From contig OX597816.1 in assembly GCA_951406725.2 (NCBI GenBank), positions 152,706,001 through 152,770,000 on the forward strand: a DNA stretch of 64,000 bases. The letters run 5' to 3'. Of the stretch, positions 57,041 through 64,000 are shown in pieces. Origin of the DNA: Octopus vulgaris (taxonomy: Eukaryota). Under the pieces are notes generated by a model. The model did no database searches. It worked only from the letters and a program-made list of their open reading frames with translations, and was not told where the DNA came from. Each line of letters begins with the position of its first letter. Within the stretch, counting starts at the first letter, position 1. A program made the position numbers and the translations under genes.

Positions 57041-57496
57041 GGATAGGGAGAGAGAGATAGAGAGATGGAGGGTATATATCTGTGTGGGTGTTTCTGCGAA
57101 TGTGTTCATGTTTTAGTGTGTGTGTAAAGAGAGACAGCGAGAACAGAGAAAGAGGAAGATGTGTAAAAAACTGAATAATTCCCAGGCGCCTTCCACATAA
57201 TAAATAATAATTAAGTGGGTTAAAGCATTTTCAATGCTTTAAACGTTACAAAGAAAAGAAATAAAGCCAAATAAAATACTAGAAAAATAGATAAAAAAGT
57301 TTTTTTAGAGCAAGGCGGGAAAAAAGCCTAGTAAAATATGAATCGAGTCATTGAAACTGAAATGTGTTGCGTAATTGTTATCAAACTTTTCTAGAATATT
57401 CTATACATGCATAAATGTATGTATGTATGTATGTATGTATGTATGTATGTATGTATGTATGTATGTATGTACTCACACTTTCTTTGTGTCTATCTA

Positions 57497-57527
<31 letters not shown>

Positions 57528-57605
57528 GCCTGCCTGTCTAATTGTCTGTCTCTCTCGCTTTCTATCTATCTATTTATTTATCTACCTACCTACCTATCTA
57601 CCTAC

Positions 57606-57687
<82 letters not shown>

Positions 57688-57862
57688 CTACAGTTAGCTG
57701 TCTGTATGCCTACCAAAATAAACGCCTAATTTGTATACCATTATTTATAATTCTATTTTTATCTACTGTATTGATCTCTGTATTTATTTATCTGTTTCCA
57801 TCAACTGGGTTAGAGCCAATTATGCACAAATACACCTAAGCACACACACACACACACACGCA

Positions 57863-57936
<74 letters not shown>

Positions 57937-58806
57937 ATACACACGGAAAAAATGGATGTCCGTCAGTTTCGAGGATAAGTACTTAGTTTCTCGATCAACT
58001 GGTCTACCTGCTTGTCACATTAGCATGTAAGTGGCTGAGTATTTCACAGCCACATAATCCTCAGTGAGAAGGGTTGGGTGAAGGGGCGATCGGATTAGGA
58101 CGGTATGTTACACGACTGGATCTTATGAATTGCAATCTATTCAACGAACTTTCTGTCCACCTAATTTCATACACAAAGGTTGGTTCGCCTTGAGGTTATT
58201 GTGAAAAGTAAATCGTTGTTATTATGCAAAAGTGTCGTAAGTCCAAAACGTTGCTTTTTCAGAAAACAAAAAAAAAAAAAGTAGTTTCACCATTCCATAC
58301 TAAAATCGTTATACTACATTTTGACAATATTTGATATCTTGGCATCAGAAGCAGCTAGAGATACGATAGATTGACCAAAAGAACCGGCTAGTGCAAGCGA
58401 AAATAAATATTGGACATACGACAGTTTAACATAATAGCAACGACATGCTTCATGATATGACCTTCATAACCATTCGATTACGCTACGTCTATACACAGAC
58501 CCATGCATGCATGAATCCACAAACATTCACATGCGCGCGCACGCACACACACACACACATGCGCGCGCTTATATTCATGCACATATCTTTTATTTGTTTC
58601 AGTCACTGATGGGTTTTAGTCGGGCAAATTGCCGCCGATACTTATTCTATCGGTTCTCATTTACCGAACCATTAAGTTAGGGGGTGGCGTAAACAAATCA
58701 ATACCAGTTGACACGCGGTGGTGGGAGACAAACATAGACGCAAAGACACACACGAACACACATGCACTTATACAGCACAAGTTTTTACGGACGTATATGA
58801 AGCGTG

Positions 58807-58807
<1 letters not shown>

Positions 58808-58884
<77 letters not shown>

Positions 58885-59170
58885 GAGAGTGTGAGTTAAA
58901 GTGAGAAAGAAAGAGAGCGAAGGAGAGAGTGTGAGTTAAAGTGAGAAAGAAAGAGAGCGATGGAGAGGAGGAGGAGGAGGAGGAGGAGGAGAAGAAGAAG
59001 AAGAAGAAGAAGAAGAAGAAGAAGAAGAAGAAGAAGAAGAAGAAGAAGAAGAAGAAGATAAGAAGAAGAAGAAGAAGACGACGACGACGACGACAACGAC
59101 GACGACAACGACGACGACAACGACGACGACAACGACGACGACAACGACGACGACAACGACGACGAAGAAG
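58808..59170. repeat. Compound microsatellite (GA)n / 40-bp tandem duplication / (GAG)n / (AAG)n / (ACG)n with 12-bp higher-order unit
   Basis: Directly visible. Confidence 0.9.
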
Positions 59171-59832
59171 AGAGACAGAGAGCGACAGAGAGTGACGGAG
59201 AAACTAAAACAGACAGAGAAAGACAGACTGAAAATCATTGAGGTGTCGCATTCACAATAAACTATGTCATTCGCTTGGTTGCTTATTCTGTTGTTCTTTT
59301 TGTGCTTATTTCTTAAAGAAAGTGTTTTCAATAGAAGGACGGTCGAGTACATTAATACTGTATAGTAGCGAGGTCTATATTTTTATAGCCCTGAGTTCGA
59401 ACTATATGTACAGACTGAGTGAGAAATTTAGAGAGCAATGGGCAGATAGAACAGGAAATAGAGATAAACTGGCAGCTAAAAAATCCTATCAACACATTGG
59501 GCAAGTGTCTTCTACTATGGTCTCGGGCCGACCAAAGCCTTGTGAGCGGATTTGGCAGACGGAAACTGAAAGAAGCCCGTCGTATATATGTATATATGTA
59601 TGTATGTGTGTGTATATGTTTGTGTGTCTGTGTTTGTGCCCCCAACATCGCTTGACAACCGATGCTGGTGTGTTTACGTCCCCGTAACTTAGCGATTCGG
59701 CTAAAGACCGATAGAATAAGTAGTAAGCTTCCAAAGAATAAGTCCTGGGGTCTATTTGCTCGACTAAAGGCGGTGCTCCAGCATAGCCGCAGTCAAATGA
59801 CTGAAACAAGTAAAAGAGTAAAAGAGTAAATA

Positions 59833-59868
<36 letters not shown>

Positions 59869-60702
59869 GTGGGAGAGGGAGTGATTTGCACATACACATA
59901 GATAAATAGATAGGCAGACACAAGCATAAACAGAGAAATCGAATGAGATGAAAGGATTGGGTGTAAGGTGGAGGGGAACTGAAGTAAAATATGGCGAGGT
60001 AGAGGGAAAACGAAAGAGTGAAAGGATAAGACATGCAGAAAAAAATCCCAAAAAACAGACCAGTAGACAGACAGATCCGACAGACAAATTGACGCAGATG
60101 GAAAGAAGAACAAAAACGGCGTATACGTTGGCAAACACGGGCCATCTCTATATGAAAGCTGTCCTAATTACAAGAACAAATACACTGTGTTAATTTAAAT
60201 GCAAGCATGCATATAAATGCATAATTCATAAGCATCAAACAAACGCTGCATAGTTTCGATACATTTCAAATGAATCAATGATCGGTATGTTTGTTTAGGT
60301 TTTGGCATCGGCTGAAAATTTTTCAGAAAATTCGTCGGTTCTCTTTTCCTAACATACGTTACTATTGATGGTAGTCTAAAGGTTGGTGATTCGACCATAA
60401 GTTAGCAATGTTTTGCTATAACGCCTGTAGCAAGAGTATTTTCTACACATGCCGCTTATAACACAACGAAAGTAGTTGATATACCGACAATCTACCAAAC
60501 AAAGCATCAATAGTTTATATTCTACAACTAGTACCGAATAGTATCTGTAACCATGACTGCGACTAATTTAGTCAATCTCTATGCAAATAACTTGAATGGT
60601 TCCGGGTTCAGTCCACTGGTTCCTTGGGAAACTGTTACAGTCCCACTGACATACTGGATTTGGTAGACGGAAACTGAAAGAAGCCCGTCGTATATATGTA
60701 TA

Positions 60703-60746
<44 letters not shown>

Positions 60747-61401
60747 GTGTGTGTATGTGTATGTTAGTATGTCTGTGTTTGTCCCCCACCCCCAACATCG
60801 CTTGACAACCGATGCTGGTGTGTTTACGTCCCCGTAACTTAGCGGTTCGGCAAAAGAGACTGATAGAATAAGTACTAGGCTTACAAGGAATAAGTCCTGG
60901 GGTCGATTTGCTCGACTAAAGGCGGTGCTCCAGCATGGCCACGGCCAAATGACTGAAACAAGTAAATGAGTAAAAGAGTTACATCTTATAGCTACTGAAA
61001 GTAAGAGAGCCATTGTTGAATTGACATATTTTGGTTAAATTAAAAGAGTTTATTGAATTACTCCAATAGGTAAAGCTAAAAATGAATAAAATACACAAGT
61101 CTTCGGCGAAAATTATGGTTCAGCACAATCATGCGTTCACATACAATAAAAGGGGCTAGTTTCTTAACATTTTCCCATTTTAATGATTCAGTTCGACACT
61201 GGTACGATGTTGACGAAAACCACAAAAATGGCAAAATATCGGTATCTATCACTTCTGAATAGGATTAGGGGGCGAGTTGTCTCTCCTGTCTATGATATTC
61301 AGTCAGGTGCTTTAACACCCAGCGCTTTGAGAAAGTCATCCCCACCGCACTAAATCGCAATGTACAGGCGGACAAGTAAAACACATGCATTAAGTGCAGT
61401 A

Positions 61402-61454
<53 letters not shown>

Positions 61455-62161
61455 CACACACACATTTATATATACATGTATGTGTCAATATGTGTGTATA
61501 AACTGTAGCATATTATTGTAACTCATGCACACAAACAAGAAAATGGTCAATGCATGCTATATTAAATGAAATCTGGTATGTATGAGTGTGCGTGAGTTTG
61601 TATGTGTGATTGTTTGTGTGTGTGTGTGTTTGTTTGTTTGTGTGTGTTTGTTTGCGTGTGTAGGTGTGTGTGTGCGTGCGCGCGCGTGCATGCCTCTGTG
61701 TATGTATGTAAATACATATATATACTCACACACATATGCATATGTATGTGCGAGTGCGCATGTAACTATAAATAAATCACAATAAACCCATGCCATATTT
61801 TCACGTCTCACGTCCACTGAGGATTGTGAATATTCATTTATATATTTGCTTGAAAGAATGACATGGATTTAATCTAATAGATAATCCCTACTGCATAAGC
61901 ACAAACGCATGTGCACACTCACACGTACAGACATAGACATATGTATGTGTGTGTTTGTGTACACAACTGCATCATAAAATAGTTGTCATAATTATTCAAA
62001 ACATATATATATATATATACCGTTACATTCACTGAAATGTAGTGGAAATTAACGAGAGGTCATGCCGTATGTAACGGTATGTGTCTTTGAAATAGCTATA
62101 ACTAGGCTTCCTCGATGTAGTTAAGCGTCAGTACACTTAGATCAAATTACTTGCCAAGCAA

Positions 62162-62200
<39 letters not shown>

Positions 62201-63079
62201 GCCAAACAAGTACAACTCGTATATACATATACATGCATTCATTCATTCATACGCACACACACACACACATACAAATATGTATAACGTGAAACCATTAATT
62301 CAGGCACATTTTTTCTTTCTCCGTATTCTTTCGCCTCTCCGTTATCTTCCTTCCTTTCCGCAGAAGAGAAAGAAAGCACGAAACGTCAGACTCTTCCATT
62401 TTCTTTGAGCGTTAAACTAATACGCCTTGTTTGTACCTCTCCTCTTACCCGTCTCTGTCTTCTGTTTTTTGCCTTTCGTACAATTTTGAACCACACACAC
62501 ATACACACACACACCACACATATATATGTACACACACACACACACATATATATATGCACACACATATACATACACATACATATATTTGTGTGTGTAATTG
62601 CGCGCGTGTGAATGTGTGTATGTCTCTGTGCGTAAAATGAATACATGTTATTTTCTACTCAGTATAAGTTGCCCAGTGAAATCATTTATTATTAGCAGAA
62701 AACTTTTCAATTGTTATCCAAAGTGCCTTCTCTTTGTTCTGATAATTATTAAGAAACAGTTTTATTCTTCCCAAAATCACTTGAAAGTAATTTGTGGATC
62801 TCAATTATTGGGAGTAGACAGCTTTAAGCTTTACGAATATACAAAAATAACATAGGTGTGTATATGATTAAAATGATAATGTTTCAAATTAACATACTTT
62901 GTCTATTGATTTCTTATGAAGTACAAACTCTTAAATACAGGGGTTGAGTATCGTGTCATAAGTATCGAATATGTAATACACATATATTAGCAACGAAACC
63001 CAATAATGAAGTTTTAGTGCTAATAAATAAATTTCCAGTTTCGTCACGTAAAACTATGGTGTCACAGTAGAAGCGAGTT

Positions 63080-63410
63080 CGTTCCTATCTTTCCCCCGAA
63101 TGTGGTCAACATCTTCACATGTCTTCCATCCTTCCTCGTATATATTACTGTTGTCACATTGGAATCGATACCCCTACTAGGTTTTTCCTATCTTCTACAT
63201 CTTTATTCCTCTATAAAACTTTGGTCGTTTGTTCTGTTGAACTTTCCTTCTCTTGTATTTCCTTTTAAAGATATTAATCATGTGACTCGTCTTTCAGCAA
63301 GTTCTTATTCTTTCTCTGTTGGTGACCCTCCTATAAGAAATGTTTCTACACTAGTATTTTCTTTCTTCCAACAAATGTCTTATGGAACTCACTTCATTCT
63401 TTTGTTTCCC
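63080..63410 (-). mobile_element. Highly decayed RTE-like LINE 3' coding remnant
   Basis: Purine-rich minus strand with remnants resembling ISWK.K.TN..VL and IEG...RGRP; many stops. Confidence 0.35.
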
Positions 63411-63588
63411 TAATAAATACAAGTATAATTCTTTTAAATCATGAATTGATCTTTTAAGGTTGTCTGGACAGCTCATTACATCTTTTCCCTTTCCTTGAAC
63501 CCGTTTTATTGCTGGCCTCGTTGTTAGGGAGTGAATTCTAATAAGGTCTCAGCAAGAAACAAATTTATGTTCAACGGGACAGTGTGTG

Positions 63589-63636
<48 letters not shown>

Positions 63637-63935
63637 CATTCATACACACAGATATACGTTAATGAAAAAGATTGATGAGCATGGAGAAAAAGAGAAAATG
63701 AGTAACAGATAGATATAACGATGTAGTCTGATGAGAAATCTGATCAACAGTTGCATATTTAACACTATGAAACCCGCAGCTATTGGTCGAGTGAACACAT
63801 AGATGAGCCAGAGATTAATTAATCGATAGAATACTATTTACAAGGGGTTCAGAAATACTGTTTAGTAACAACCTCAACTATCACACGCGATGACGACGAC
63901 GACGACGACCACCACCACTACTGCTGCTGCTGCTG

Positions 63936-63980
<45 letters not shown>

Positions 63981-64000
63981 AAGGGTACGCCTGATCGAAT

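Overview
AT-rich animal DNA, very dense in microsatellites. The SINE families, the (AAT)n-flanked repeat and the (TA)n/(CA)n/(TATC)n load strongly suggest an octopus (coleoid cephalopod). Almost all ORFs in the supplied track are microsatellite translation artefacts. One well-supported host exon lies on the minus strand (39899-40177, phase 2/2). It encodes the N-terminal motif FGHPLTAATSAINGDD..ALQHEY, which matches the Grainyhead/GRHL transactivation region, so much of the window is probably grainyhead intron. The rest is transposon debris: a near-complete D,D34D mariner, two other mariner remnants, LINE 3' remnants and many tRNA-type SINEs, including a nested insertion with an 18-bp TSD and a trimer. 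The most unusual features are: (1) several minimal hammerhead-ribozyme-like motifs with variant cores in Penelope-like fragments; (2) two unrelated, perfectly identical ~120-bp direct-repeat pairs 1.1-1.5 kb apart; (3) six long inverted repeats; (4) a decayed 22-bp minisatellite carrying four perfect AP-1 sites near the grh exon; (5) a candidate internal ETS/E-box/YY1 promoter with a splice donor. All calls were made by eye; repeat boundaries are approximate and family names are inferences.
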